The translations under genes were made by a program, and so were the position numbers. The notes beneath the pieces are model-generated. The model was given only the letters and a program-made list of their open reading frames with translations. It did not search any database and was not told where the DNA came from. 51,967 nucleotides of DNA from a virus (Duplodnaviria; Caudoviricetes): the IMG/VR virus record IMGVR_UViG_3300027586_000012, positions 1 to 51,967 of that record. The stretch is one strand, 5' to 3'. The stretch's first letter is position 1. Every line of letters begins with the position of its first letter. This document shows, piece after piece, positions 1 to 12,226 of the stretch.

Positions 1-2
1 CT

Positions 3-3000
3 AATGACTTTGGCGCAGCAAACCCATACGTCTTCCTTAGACTGCAGCAATCCCCGTTTAATACTTCTAAGTACACATACGCAAACCCACTATTTACCGA
101 TAGAGTCTCTATCTACGGCAAGTATCATGCAATGTATTGGCTATTGAATATAGACACAGTTACTGATGATCAACTGTCTTTATATGATATAGTAACTTGG
201 ACTCCTAGTTCCCCTATAGCAATAGATCAAGGTCTAAGGATAAAGAAATACTTAGAGAAGACTCAGGGTACACTAGTTTTGGATCTATCAAAGCTTTCTT
301 CTGGTGCAGAGACAATAGATCCAGCTTTATCAGTCAGCACCCAAGAGTATGCGCTAGATACATGGACTTACAATTCAGAAAATATTTTTATTAATGAAAA
401 TAAAACTAATGCCTGGCCAATTAACTCAAGTGTTTTTGAAAGATTAACCGTAGACAATATCAATTATGATGTATATTCGATATTTGGAAGAAGCAATCTC
501 TCTGATCTTACAACTAAAAAAACAGTAAAAGAATTTACTGGGAATATTTCAACTAATAATGTTGTATTAAATAATTCTAGAAGTAAGCCCATATTCGTTA
601 GTTTAGAGTTCGCCCCCTCCACTGATTCATTGTCTAAAGGCACCTTACTGGCCACAACCACACCAATGCTTAAGTATTGCAATGATATATATCAACCATC
701 TTCCATCTTTGATATAGCAACGAGTAATAATGGTCCAATGACCATGGCCCAAACTACGTTTGTCGCTGTAGCAGCAATTGAAGGGCCAATGAAGCTATTA
801 TACAATGCATGTTCGGTCGCATTGTTGAGTAGAGCGTTCTCGAGTAGAGTAAAAGACTTGAGATCATCGATGTATTATCAAGTATCAAATTGGCAATCTT
901 CATATGTCTTAAATGGAAACGCCCTATTGGAAGACGAGAAGAAAGAAATATATTCTCTTATTAAAGTAGACAATGAAAATGCTGTTGGAACTTCAAAATA
1001 TGCAAGGAATTTAATTCCTAGTAATTCTTCAGTATTAGAGTTCTATAAAAAATCTATTTATGACTTTTTAGCTGATCAACACAGCATCTCTCTCCAAGAA
1101 ATTGATTCTAGCAATTTAGAATTTTATATAGAAGTAACAAACAACGACGTAGAAATTGCAAACGCTACTCCGATAAAAGGTGGAGATCGTATTTACCTAG
1201 CCGTTGTACAGAGTGGTACAGAGATACCAACTTCTTATAATCTATTTAGAGTAGATAACGATAGTACAACTGGATCGATCTACGCTTATACAGATTCTCC
1301 GTCAGCTCAATTCACTATACCTGGTGGATTTGGTCCTCATGTTATAAGAGAGAGATTGTATAGATCATCAACCAAAGAAATAAACGATCAACTTTCTAGT
1401 TCGATATCTTCATCTAATAGTTATAAAAATTATACGTTTAATTTTTCTATTTTTAATTCATATAATCAGTCAAGTGAGTCAACGTTAAGCTTTAGCGCAA
1501 ATTGGTCAGCAGTTATGACCGCAAAATATACAGCAACATTATCAAGACAAGCAAGGTATGAAGACGTTCATTTACCTGGTTCTCGTAGGTTGGCAGACGA
1601 CGTTGCTATTACTAACACTTTTGAAACTGACGGAGCATTCTCTGGGGCAGATAGAATAGATGCCTATAAGAAGGGAATAAATAGTAACGATCCAGTTAAT
1701 AACTTTTTATATACAGGGGACATACAACAGGGTAATGTTATTGGAGCTTATGGCATAGGCACAACAACTTCTGGTGGACTGGTCGGGGTTGTGCCTGCGG
1801 GGTACAGAGGTGGCACCGCAGATAGAATGGAGCGTGCAGTCGTATATTCTGCGACATCTGCCTCCAGCGATAAAATGCTTACTGAATATATCAAATATAT
1901 ACAGATAAGTATGAGGGAAGCTGGAATATTAGTTGCCGGAAAACTTCCAGAATTAAGTGGAAAATTTGAAGTAAATACATTTAATGCAGTAAAAGCTTTT
2001 CAGATATCAGTTAACGCTAGGTTTGAAAATGGAAAAGTTGATAGCGAAACTAAGTCATTAATTGCAATTCACGTTTGGAAATCCATAAAGAACTCTGATC
2101 CAACTCGCTATAGTTCAATAATAGCTAGATTAGAAACAAATAATCCAACAGTTGTTAAGTATGTTGTAGCAGCTGCAGATGCAATAGAATTACATGATCT
2201 CCCTAATAGAGATTGGAATTATAGAAAGATAACCTTTACTGGTCAATCTGGTCCTAAAAAACTAGTAGATTCAATATTTTTGGCAGTTCCATTTAATCAA
2301 ATTCCATTTGACGGAATAACGCAACAGGATTTAAAAAATCAAGTTCTTAAATCTGTAACTATATACCCCCGGAACATTTGCGGGTGCATCGAGCTATAAG
2401 GGAATAGCTCTTAAGCAGGCGGTAGTTTACTCCGGAATAGACATGGCTGGCGCACAGGTGATTAAAGGCGCTGCAGAGTATACAACTGAAAAGTTTACGA
2501 TTGAAGTTAACAAGCCAATGGCAGAGTGTATGTTCTTTGCTTTTCAGTTTAATGGTGGTTCACTGGGGGGAAAATATGGAACTTTTGCCGAGGGATACTC
2601 TTTAGCTAAAGTAGAATTTGATATTAGCTGGACAATAGATAAATTCAATGCTGAAAAAATAGTTGAAAGTGGTTATAGATTAGAGACCAATACGGCCCCA
2701 GTAGAAATAAGTTTTAATGTAGCTGGATCAGTTACCGGTATATCTCCAAATAAAGCTGAAGTTATAGATCTGAATGGAGTTAAATCCACTAAATATGCAA
2801 CAACACCAGTATCAATAACATACCCTACATGGTCTGGGGAAAAAACTTTAAATCTATCAAATACCACAATTGACTTTAGTAGCACTTCCTATAGTCCACC
2901 ATATACACCTTACTCAGATTCTAATTTAGAACCTCAGTATAAAGATGAATCTATATCAATAAACTTAACTCAAGCAAAAACCGTATCAATAAACCCAAAC

Positions 3001-4743
3001 ACCTTTGCTGCTACTAATGTTATTTCAGCAACTGGAAACCCAGTAAGTAGTTCAGATTTAAATTTAAGCATTTCTTCAAATAGATTAGTTTTTGAGACTT
3101 CATCTCTTATATATGAAAATTCTAACGTAATCAAAAGCGCTGAGAAACTTTTAGATAATTATTGGTTAATGAAAACAGATGGTTCAATAATAAAATCTGC
3201 AAAAAAATCAATCTCTGTTTTAGATGGCTTAGTAATTTTAACTCAACCAAGTTTAGATCCAGATAAAGTTGGTAAACCATATGGTATAAATCTTCAGTCC
3301 TTTGTCAATACTATTGCTACTGATAAAGAATTTAATACAGATTATGGATCTTTTATATTAACAAATAACGTTAGAGATGATGGTGGTTTTCTTTATGGGT
3401 TCTATGATAATAAGAAAAAAGAATTTCTAGGTACGAATCTTTATTACGTAGACTATATTTCAAGAGGTCCAGAAAATGTATATGTTGCTGCACTGGCTGT
3501 AGATGCAGATGGCAATCTTGGAAACGGAGTAGATTTCTTTGGACCAAAAACTTCTGGTAAGATAATACCTTCTTCTATACCCGTAAAGATGGCATGCCCT
3601 ATGTACAATGTTGAATATGTCCCATCGTCAAGAATAGGAATATCATCTATTCCACCAAACCTTTCAAAGTTTCAACAGTGGCCATTGTATATAACATCTG
3701 GATCTTTTACAAAAGATATATACATAGACCCGGCTTATGGTTGGACTTCTTGGGCTGAGAAATACACAGGCAAAGTGCTAAGAGCTACGTATTCAACTTT
3801 AAATATGAGTAACGTAATCTGGTCTCAGATTGCTGGTAAACCATATATTACAATAATTAACGAAACACCAATAGTTTTATCATCTAAGAGATATCAGTTA
3901 ATGCAAGTTCCTATAGCCACCTTTGTGGAACCTTCGCAGATGGAATGTGGATCAGTAGTTAACTGGGTTGATTTTGAAACAAGAGAATCAGTTGACTCAC
4001 CATGGATGCCAGTAGATTCAAGCCTTATAAGAAATATTAATTGCCAGACTGGAATAGTAGATTTCATCACACCTATAACTAGCGACTCAGATCTAATAAG
4101 AGTAAATTACACTGCCAAATCAAATGGTATTCCGCTCAAGCAAATTAACGGCAGAGTTATTCCATTAAATCCATTCCTTAATAAGGATGCAGTAGAAACA
4201 GAAAAGCCTCTACATGTATACATCAAACCTATAAGGATAGAAGTTAGAAGCTCTAGCCAGGATGGGTATGTCTGGGATTATGTTAGTGACTACTTATATG
4301 ATTCTCCAATAGATTTTACTTATAATACTTCTATTTTTGACCCATACAATAGTGTTAACTATGATCCATTTTCTCTCCAAATAGGGTTAGTCCATGTGTT
4401 AAATTCTGTAGATATTAAAGATTTAGCTATTGAAGATTTAAGATTAAAAGGTGGAGGATTAAAGGCTACTATGGGTAAGACTATAGATGTACAATCTTAT
4501 GGATCACTCGATATAAACAAGGTCTTTAAAGAGGTTAAAGAAGCATCGTCATTTTGGGATGTTTATCCACCGGATCAACAAGCATATTCTAAGGGCGGGT
4601 TCATTATAATCAAACTGCCAAAAGAAGTATTGGATAATTTTACTAGTGAAGCAGAGTTGTACGGTATAATAAGTAAGAACATAACCGCCGGTGTGGCATA
4701 TAAGATTCAAGACATGGAAGGAAATGATTGGGGTGTATTATAA
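3..4743 (+). CDS. Very large putative virion structural (baseplate/tail-associated) protein with an internal peptidoglycan-binding-like domain; 5'-truncated; joined across a +1 shift at CGG 2370
   Basis: The frame is open from base 3. ORFs 132-2399 and 2443-4743 join as ...TIYP-(c)-GTFAGASSYKGIALKQAVVYSGIDMAGAQ... if C2370 is skipped. The segment IKYIQISMREAG...GKFEVNTFNAVKAFQ...NGKVDSETKSLI resembles a PG_binding_1 repeat. The structural role is inferred from size, composition and context. Confidence 0.6.
2370..2373 (+). other. Putative +1 recoding site CCC-C-GGA
   Basis: In-frame CGG. The 0 frame stops at 2397-2399 and the +1 frame is closed upstream by TAA 2356-2358, so the shift window is about 13 codons. 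Confidence 0.7.
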
Positions 4744-7376
4744 TGATTAATTTTCTTCCTAGTATAATCAAAACATTTTCTGATAATTCACAGCAAAGTG
4801 TTGGCTCTTTAATCAAAAGTATTAAAGCTGATAAGGCACAGGTATCGGAATTAGTAAAAAGTCTTTCCAATTTTTCTGCTGGAGCCGATTTTGCCCCAAC
4901 CCTAATGAGGTCTAGGGCAATTATAGAATCTGAATTCTTTGTTGATATTTTTAGAGATGTGCAAATAAGATTCGATAGATACTTTTCCGCATCTAATTCA
5001 ATCAGTGTATCTTTAAACTCAATGGTTGAAGTCATGTCGTCTCAAGTAGCTAAAATAGAAAAAAATATTTCTCTTTTAGAAAATTATATAGATAACTATG
5101 ATTTCATCTCAGGAAAAGATGATCTTTATAATGATTCTTATATAGAAAATTTTAATGATTTCTTAAAATCAAATACATATGACGTTTCTCCAGTTCCATT
5201 TGTAGATAGAGGTGGACCGGATTTTGATGAAAGTGGAAATGGCTTTGTTGATCCAATTGTTTCAAAATTTAAAATTGGTAATGGTATTGATTTTATTAAC
5301 ACTATAGGTTTTGTAAAATCAGTAGATTATGAAACAAACTATAACCAATATATTTCTTCCATAACTGATTATGAAGTTTTATTTAACGAGAAGCAGTCGA
5401 ATGTATGGAACATCTCAGTCCAATCACCGGCAATATTAACTTCTATCCCACCATCATTTTCCAATAATATAGATTATGACTATTCCTATATAGTTGGCGC
5501 TAAGACAGTAATGACAATAAACTTTATAAAAGAAATTGAAATGGATTTAATCAGAATAAACCCCAATGAATATGATGGGCTACAGCTGATGCAAGTGGTT
5601 ATAGAATCAGCAAACATAGCAGAAAGAATCTACTCAAGTAATTCTAATGTTCCTAGTTCTGGTTACCAAAAAAGAAAAATTCTTTTATCCCCAGTAAAGA
5701 TAAGTTCCGTATTAGATATTAACTTTCCCCTGGATAAGGTAAAGAGTATAACGTTGATATTTAACCAAAGCACATATAAGAAAAATAGCATTTCGCCAAC
5801 TTCAGATGAAGTATCCTCAAGGTTAATACAAGAATTGCTAAACGGCATAAGGAAAAGTAAGAAAAATAATCACAGCAAACTTCAAGACATAGTCCTAGAA
5901 TATTTTAGAAAATTCAATTCAATAGATGAGGCAAAGAAAAATTCGTATGCGTACACCGATTACTATACATATAAGTATCCAGTTGGCAAAGTCGGATCGC
6001 AACCATTTCTAAATGAAAAAAATAATTTAATATCCTTAGATCAGGAAGATCGCTTGTCGTCTAGTAGTCATCTTTCTATAATGGTAAAAAATATAGTGTC
6101 ACAAACATTAGGTGACAGATTTAAGTTATTTGATGATTCATTATTTGTAGATAATAGATTAAATAGTAGAGGTGGGTTTCTTGGTAAGATCGGAAATTCT
6201 CCAAATATTCTAAGTAAGAATTCAAATTCATTAGATAAAAATCTAGTAAGCTTTTCAGAAGATGCCATTATGTCAGGATCAAACATCCATTCTACAAATA
6301 TATTAAGAAACAAAAATCAAAATATAGATAATTATATGTATTCTTTTTCATTAAAGGGAGTACAGTTTGGTAAGACAAGGCAAATCTCAAATGCAACAAA
6401 CTCACTTTCGTCTAATAAAGGCTGTTTCATCAGCTGCAGAATTCCGATAGATGGGAATCCTTTAGCTGTTAAGGCTAAACTAAATCTAGAGAAAGTTGAT
6501 GAGAGTAAGGCACTCCCAGATTTTGATCTTAAAGAAGCAAACTCATATGAATTGTCAATTTCAGTAAAAGAAAATCCAACTTTAGAAAATGACTGGATAC
6601 CAATCATTTCTTATGACAGCAATGATGTTAAGTCTGAATTTTTATTTTTTGATTCAATAAGTAAAACAGCATTTTTAAGATTTTTTCCAATTGATACGTC
6701 TATAAAAATATACTCAAATCAAAAATTAATTCCAGAAAGTCAATATACTGTAAATAAGTTTAATAGATCAATTTATATAAACTCTTTTGATCCAAAGAAT
6801 AATTACGCCGCTAGTTATATGGCAGACAACATTAACTTCACCCAAAATTACATAGACATATCTACACTTTTGGCTGGTGATAAAACCCTATCGGTTTACT
6901 CCAATGATAAAAATGGTGAGTTCTTCGAAAGAACCACATCAAACAATGGTGTCAAATTAGTCAATCAACCATACATAAACTATGATAAGCTAAAAAAGGC
7001 TTCTTACAGTCAAAGAGGTGGTACTATTAATACGGTAGAGTACACCGGTTATGCCCCGGTGCTTGTAAAGTTTTCTGATGGTTCGTATGCCACTAATCTT
7101 ACTAACTATAAATTAGGTAGTTTTGAAAAGGGTGAATTTTATGATACTCAGGAAGTTTTATTCTTTCACAATGGAAAGAATATCATCTTCAATAAAGCTA
7201 TTACTCAACCTTTTAATGTTATATATGAATACTTAAATAGTCAGGTAAGATTTAGGCTAATTATAAGAAATAATTTTAATAACTATTTTTCATCTGGGTC
7301 AGTAGATAATGTTATACTTAAATTTAAGACAAAAAATTCTGACCATATGGCAAATAATCTTTTAAGATTGGGATAA
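4743..7376 (+). CDS. Putative virion structural (baseplate-like) protein
   Basis: Long ORF; ATG 4743 overlaps the upstream TAA (TAATG). The C-terminus VRFRLIIR...SGSVDNVILKFK resembles those of neighbouring paralogs. Confidence 0.55.
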   Translation: MINFLPSIIKTFSDNSQQSVGSLIKSIKADKAQVSELVKSLSNFSAGADFAPTLMRSRAIIESEFFVDIFRDVQIRFDRYFSASNSISVSLNSMVEVMSSQVAKIEKNISLLENYIDNYDFISGKDDLYNDSYIENFNDFLKSNTYDVSPVPFVDRGGPDFDESGNGFVDPIVSKFKIGNGIDFINTIGFVKSVDYETNYNQYISSITDYEVLFNEKQSNVWNISVQSPAILTSIPPSFSNNIDYDYSYIVGAKTVMTINFIKEIEMDLIRINPNEYDGLQLMQVVIESANIAERIYSSNSNVPSSGYQKRKILLSPVKISSVLDINFPLDKVKSITLIFNQSTYKKNSISPTSDEVSSRLIQELLNGIRKSKKNNHSKLQDIVLEYFRKFNSIDEAKKNSYAYTDYYTYKYPVGKVGSQPFLNEKNNLISLDQEDRLSSSSHLSIMVKNIVSQTLGDRFKLFDDSLFVDNRLNSRGGFLGKIGNSPNILSKNSNSLDKNLVSFSEDAIMSGSNIHSTNILRNKNQNIDNYMYSFSLKGVQFGKTRQISNATNSLSSNKGCFISCRIPIDGNPLAVKAKLNLEKVDESKALPDFDLKEANSYELSISVKENPTLENDWIPIISYDSNDVKSEFLFFDSISKTAFLRFFPIDTSIKIYSNQKLIPESQYTVNKFNRSIYINSFDPKNNYAASYMADNINFTQNYIDISTLLAGDKTLSVYSNDKNGEFFERTTSNNGVKLVNQPYINYDKLKKASYSQRGGTINTVEYTGYAPVLVKFSDGSYATNLTNYKLGSFEKGEFYDTQEVLFFHNGKNIIFNKAITQPFNVIYEYLNSQVRFRLIIRNNFNNYFSSGSVDNVILKFKTKNSDHMANNLLRLG

Positions 7377-7377
7377 A

Positions 7378-9538
7378 ATGGCTCAACTATCTACAAATAC
7401 AGTATTCTATGATCAACTTATCAAGAAGGTACAAACCTTTTTAAGAAAATATTCTCAAAATACAGTTAGTTCATATGAGGATATGTCAGAAGAGTTTCAT
7501 ATACTCATAACTGAGATAAACAAATACTCTACTGATCCAATAGCAAAATATAATCAAGTCATCAAAGGTGAACCACCATCTTCTGAAAAGTTTAATATAT
7601 TTATTTCTGGAGTTGCAGATGATTTAAACATAGTGGCTAAGCAGCTTGACTACCAGAGCGCACAGCTAGTGTCTTTATATAACTTATTTAATTCTGAAAT
7701 AGAAAAAGAAAATCAATTTGCTAATAGAATTAAATCAAAGGTAAGAATACTCCAAGCTTATTCAGAAGCACCCAGCGAAGATCTATATTACTTTGGCGAC
7801 TCATTTGAAAACATGGATTTTATAGATGTAGAAAGAATACCTAAAAACCTTATTGCATCCGTTAGAAATGGGAACGCATCACTTCCAGTTGTTGATATAA
7901 ATTCATGGAACGTTAGATCAATTTCAATTGATGAAACACAATCTAATGGGTTTATCGGGAATAATCATATGGTGTATGCAAAAGAAAACATAGATTCAAA
8001 CTACCGTTATATGTTTCAAGACAATAACTCCGTCGGGCTGCTGCAGAATGTAACCGATTCTAACCCCTTAACATATTTTGAATATGAGGGAATATACATA
8101 GATCCAATACTCAAAAATAAAAATGGAGCAAAGGATTTTGAATTTACATATTCATCTAAAGCCTCAACAAATGGAGAAAAAACAGATACCATTTATAAAA
8201 ATTGGTCAGAAAAAATTCTTAGACAACCGCTTAAGCTAACTTTAAAATTAAGATCAGATTCTTCAAGAAAAACAAATTCTATATCTATAGTTCCTTACTT
8301 TGGACAAAGTCGGATCGCCGTATTCTGAATTAAAAGTTTCTTCTATAACTGCAGTTTCCAAACTAACAAATCAAACTGTTCAACTTTTAGATTCTCCAGT
8401 TTATATAGGTTCTAATTTCATCCCTCAAAATATTGAATCTAAAAAAAATTACTATTATAATAAAGCTGTAGTTTATTTTGATGAAATAGTTACATCGGAA
8501 ATTATTGTCAACTTAGAGCAATCAGATTACTCCGATATAACAATGCAGCACATGTATTGGAAGCCATTTTTGAATACTGGATCTCTTGCTCCATTAAACA
8601 CCAATAGTAGATTTGATCCAGCTGGATTTAATGCTATTGGTTTTCAGGATGTCCAATTTAATTATCTAGATTTAGTTCCAAACATTCTACGTCCTAATCT
8701 TTCAAAAGATCAATCTAGTCTTGCAACAAAAAGAATTAACATCACGTATAAAGAAGCACTAAAAGTAGAGAGATATGTTGTGACTTTTAAAAGATTAGAT
8801 TCTTCTGCAACTCCATCTTTACAAAAATATTATTACGTAAACCCAGCAACAGCTTATCAGTCTTTGGCTAAACAGCAGGAAGTAGCAGCTGTATCTGATA
8901 TCAATTTATCCTTTCAATACGAAAGTTTGATTGGTGCTGAAACGGCAAAAAAATACATACAAGCAAAAATAACAAGTGGAGAATGGTCTGGTTCTAACTT
9001 TCAAAATTTAGCAGTAGAAACAATTAAGTCAGATTTAGGACCTAAGTATATGACATCGTCCGTTATGCTTCAAAGAAATTTTGAAATTTATCCAGCTAAA
9101 AGATTCACGATAGGACTTAGGTCTATAGATGTTAACTATAGCGTATATGCACAAAGGGCTCAATTAATATCTAAGCCGTTTGTTTTTGGATACAATGTAA
9201 AAAATCTAACCATATCTTCAGATACAATATTTAGTCTTCAGGGTGGAAACTCAAATCTAAGCTATGTCAAATATTACATATCAATAGATGATGGAAAAAA
9301 TTGGATAAAAATTTCTCCAATAGAAGATCCGTTTAATGGCATTCCTGAAATATTATCATTTAATGAAAATGTGGCAAGCTTTGGTCAAGTAAAGGGAGTT
9401 TCATATTTTAACTCTCCAGATATACCATCTGATACAAAATCAATCAGGATAAAAATTGATATAGAAAAACCAAGATATGAAAACACTACACCTGTTATTT
9501 ACTCATATCAAATAGCCGGAAGAGTTGAGCAATTATGA
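7378..9538 (+). CDS. Putative virion structural protein (719 aa when joined across a +1 shift at CGG 8311)
   Basis: ORFs 7378-8328 and 8300-9538 join as VPYFGQS-(c)-GSPYSELKV. The N-terminal GEPPSSEKFN and C-terminal IRIKIDI...TPVIYSYQI motifs match the paralogous neighbours. Confidence 0.6.
8311..8314 (+). other. Putative +1 recoding site AGT-C-GGA
   Basis: In-frame CGG with no C homopolymer. The window is bounded by TAG 8288-8290 (+1 frame) and TAA 8326-8328 (0 frame). Confidence 0.7.
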
Positions 9539-11760
9539 CGATAAGTAATATACAAAAGGAAAAATTCTTAAGCACCCTATACAAGAGTCTCTACGCTGGC
9601 GGCAACAAGCCTAACGAGCAGGAGATATTAGAGTTCTTTTCTAAGTACTTTTCCAAGTATCAGCCAGGGGAACCACTAGATATAAACGCTCAACTATTTA
9701 GACAGATGGCATTCGGTCAAGTTGAAGTCTTTAATCAAAAAATGCTACATACTCTTTTTAATATAGAAGTTTTATATGATTCTATATTTGAAAATTCTGA
9801 TGATTTAATGACTGTAGCAACAGCCTTGAATAAAAGATTAAATAACTTAAAGTCTAAAAGAATGATCTTGGAGAATAAAGTAGATGACCTAATCTTTGCT
9901 AATCAAAACTCAGAAGGATACTACGCAGCATACTCAGACAACTTTGCCTCAACGAATGGATCTGATTTAAATTATACTTCAGCTTTTGTCGATACGGTTA
10001 ACGGTAAAGTTTCACTGCCAACGTTGAAGTCTTCAGTTTTTGATTTACTTTCCACTAGCTCAATTGTGGCAAGCGCACCAACATATTCTTTGAGTTTTAA
10101 TAAGACGCAAATAGATTTAAATAAGAAGTTTTCTGACGATTCTTTTTTTGGATCTGTTTTTGATGGTTTGGAAAATACCGAATGGCAAAACATATTCTAC
10201 TTTGACACTATAGGTTTAGTTAGCTTTTCAATTAATTTACCAATAGCTAGAAATGTTATTTTATCGAAGATAGAGGGAAGACTAAATACTATTTCCCCAA
10301 CTGATATCTATGTAAAAATAAACTACACCGATGCCAATAAGCCATCAGAGGTAATGAACAAAAAATCTACTAAAGATTATGATAGGTTTTCCTTTAGTTT
10401 TGATCCAGGTAACGTTGGTTCAATAGACATATTCTTTGTTAAAACAGAACCAGACGTCATAGAGGATAATAGAGCTAATAGATATGGATATAGATACGGT
10501 ATTAGGGACATAGCTATCAGTGGGCAATACTATGATAAGTCGGCGTCGTTTGTATCTTCTCCTATATCATTAAACTCAAATGATAATAGCAACTTGGTAA
10601 TAGATGCTGTATCGGTAGATGTTGGAGAAAATTCACAAGATGGTTCTGTTAACTATTTTGTAGCAGAAGATAACGACGCTGCTCAATCGATATCTGATTT
10701 TTCCTGGACTCCAATTTCTCCAGAACAAAATGCTAAGAACTCTTTTTCTACAACAGTTAATTTTTCTGGCTCTTCTTTAAAATCAAAAAAAATATTAGAT
10801 GGTGTAGAAAATTCTACAAATTCTTTAAAGAAAATACCATTAGTTTCAAAAAATACTTCTAAGAACTTAAATGAACAAAATCCAACAGTTGATTTATATC
10901 CAAATCAAACAATATATAGAATAGCAAAGCTTGATCAATTGGATAACCCAGTTAGTTCCTATCTTCTAGGCGGTATAAATTCAGTCTCTGGTAATTATAT
11001 AAATTATAAAAATAGTATTTATAATGAAAATGATTCGTTAGCTACTTGGGGGAATATCTTATCTGGAAAATCAAGTGTTAGACAAATATTCTCCATACCA
11101 TCTTATGAAGTATCTAATAATTCTATATTTTTTTCTGGTCCAAACTTAAAATCAATTAGCGTTTTATTGGAGACTAAAATATTCTGTGCTAATGACATTA
11201 CTATTAGACACTTGCTAGTTAAGAACGATAGCGTTTCAAAGAGTTGGGATGTTGCAGTTTATCTAAACGGAAGACCATCAAGTGTTCCTTCTGGGGTAAC
11301 CTCAGAGTTAATAGAATGGAATTTTAAAGCCGGAATCAATACCATTAAGGTAGCTATAGATATAAAGGATAGTGCAAACGGTTCAATCAGCTTAATGGAT
11401 TCTAAATCATTATTAGATTATGGTTTAGTCTATAGTCAGTATTATGGTTACGTAGATCCAATAGAGTTCAAAGTAAATAGATCAACATACGACAAGGTAT
11501 TCACTATCGAAAATTTTTTTGGCAACAAAGAAGTTCTATGTAGGGACAACATTGGCAATAATTCAAGACTATTTTATTACTCAAACAATCCAGATCCAGT
11601 AACTGCGATAAGATTTAGAGCCGACATAGCTAGAGGTAGAAACCCATTGTCGTCTCCAACTATTGATTATTTTAAATTAAAGTTTAAGAATTCGGAAAAT
11701 TATTCTGATATATCAGCAAATGGATTATCGGATAATAATTCAACAACAAGTGAATATTAA
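9535..11760 (+). CDS. Putative virion structural protein
   Basis: 741-aa ORF with ATGA overlap to the previous gene; N-terminal helical region and beta-rich body; C-terminal IRFRADI...SPTIDYFKLKFK motif. Confidence 0.55.
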   Translation: MTISNIQKEKFLSTLYKSLYAGGNKPNEQEILEFFSKYFSKYQPGEPLDINAQLFRQMAFGQVEVFNQKMLHTLFNIEVLYDSIFENSDDLMTVATALNKRLNNLKSKRMILENKVDDLIFANQNSEGYYAAYSDNFASTNGSDLNYTSAFVDTVNGKVSLPTLKSSVFDLLSTSSIVASAPTYSLSFNKTQIDLNKKFSDDSFFGSVFDGLENTEWQNIFYFDTIGLVSFSINLPIARNVILSKIEGRLNTISPTDIYVKINYTDANKPSEVMNKKSTKDYDRFSFSFDPGNVGSIDIFFVKTEPDVIEDNRANRYGYRYGIRDIAISGQYYDKSASFVSSPISLNSNDNSNLVIDAVSVDVGENSQDGSVNYFVAEDNDAAQSISDFSWTPISPEQNAKNSFSTTVNFSGSSLKSKKILDGVENSTNSLKKIPLVSKNTSKNLNEQNPTVDLYPNQTIYRIAKLDQLDNPVSSYLLGGINSVSGNYINYKNSIYNENDSLATWGNILSGKSSVRQIFSIPSYEVSNNSIFFSGPNLKSISVLLETKIFCANDITIRHLLVKNDSVSKSWDVAVYLNGRPSSVPSGVTSELIEWNFKAGINTIKVAIDIKDSANGSISLMDSKSLLDYGLVYSQYYGYVDPIEFKVNRSTYDKVFTIENFFGNKEVLCRDNIGNNSRLFYYSNNPDPVTAIRFRADIARGRNPLSSPTIDYFKLKFKNSENYSDISANGLSDNNSTTSEY

Positions 11761-11763
11761 AGT

Positions 11764-11771
11764 TTACTATA
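11764..11771 (+). promoter_or_regulatory. Candidate phage late-promoter motif TTACTATA
   Basis: Intergenic, upstream of the AGGAG RBS of 11792; the same motif recurs at 13526, 37811, 39833 and 50712. Confidence 0.4.
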
Positions 11772-11791
11772 TCTAAAGTAGGAGATGTATA

Positions 11792-12217
11792 ATGCCGATA
11801 AGTTACCTAGATCCAAGTAGTAAAAAAATAATTAGAGAACCACTAGTCAAGAGGTTTAGATCATTTTATAGATCTCCAAGAAAGAGTGGCCAGGAAAATC
11901 TCTTTAATCAAAAAGTTTATATGGATATAAACAGATTGTATCTAGAATTAGAACTTCTCGACACTGCTATATTTGATAAGGTAAAGATTTTTTCAGGAGC
12001 GGAAAAAGATGAAACCCATGAAATTAGAACCGTTTCAGATGCAATAACTGGTGAACAATACTACGGTAGGGTCTACGACCTATCCGCTGACTCAGTTTCA
12101 CTCTACGACTACAGTGCAAGTGATACAATAGACTACCTAGAGACTACGGATACAATTGGCGGAAGTTTGTCAAGATTATTTTATAAAATTAATAAATTAG
12201 AAAAACAGACTGGATAA
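11792..12217 (+). CDS. Small putative structural protein (shares the N-terminal motif of its neighbours)
   Basis: AGGAG RBS; SPRKSGQENLFNQKVYMDINRLY resembles GPVDSADFNMRAEQNYQDLVHLY of 12227. Confidence 0.5.
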   Translation: MPISYLDPSSKKIIREPLVKRFRSFYRSPRKSGQENLFNQKVYMDINRLYLELELLDTAIFDKVKIFSGAEKDETHEIRTVSDAITGEQYYGRVYDLSADSVSLYDYSASDTIDYLETTDTIGGSLSRLFYKINKLEKQTG

Positions 12218-12226
12218 TCAACTAAA

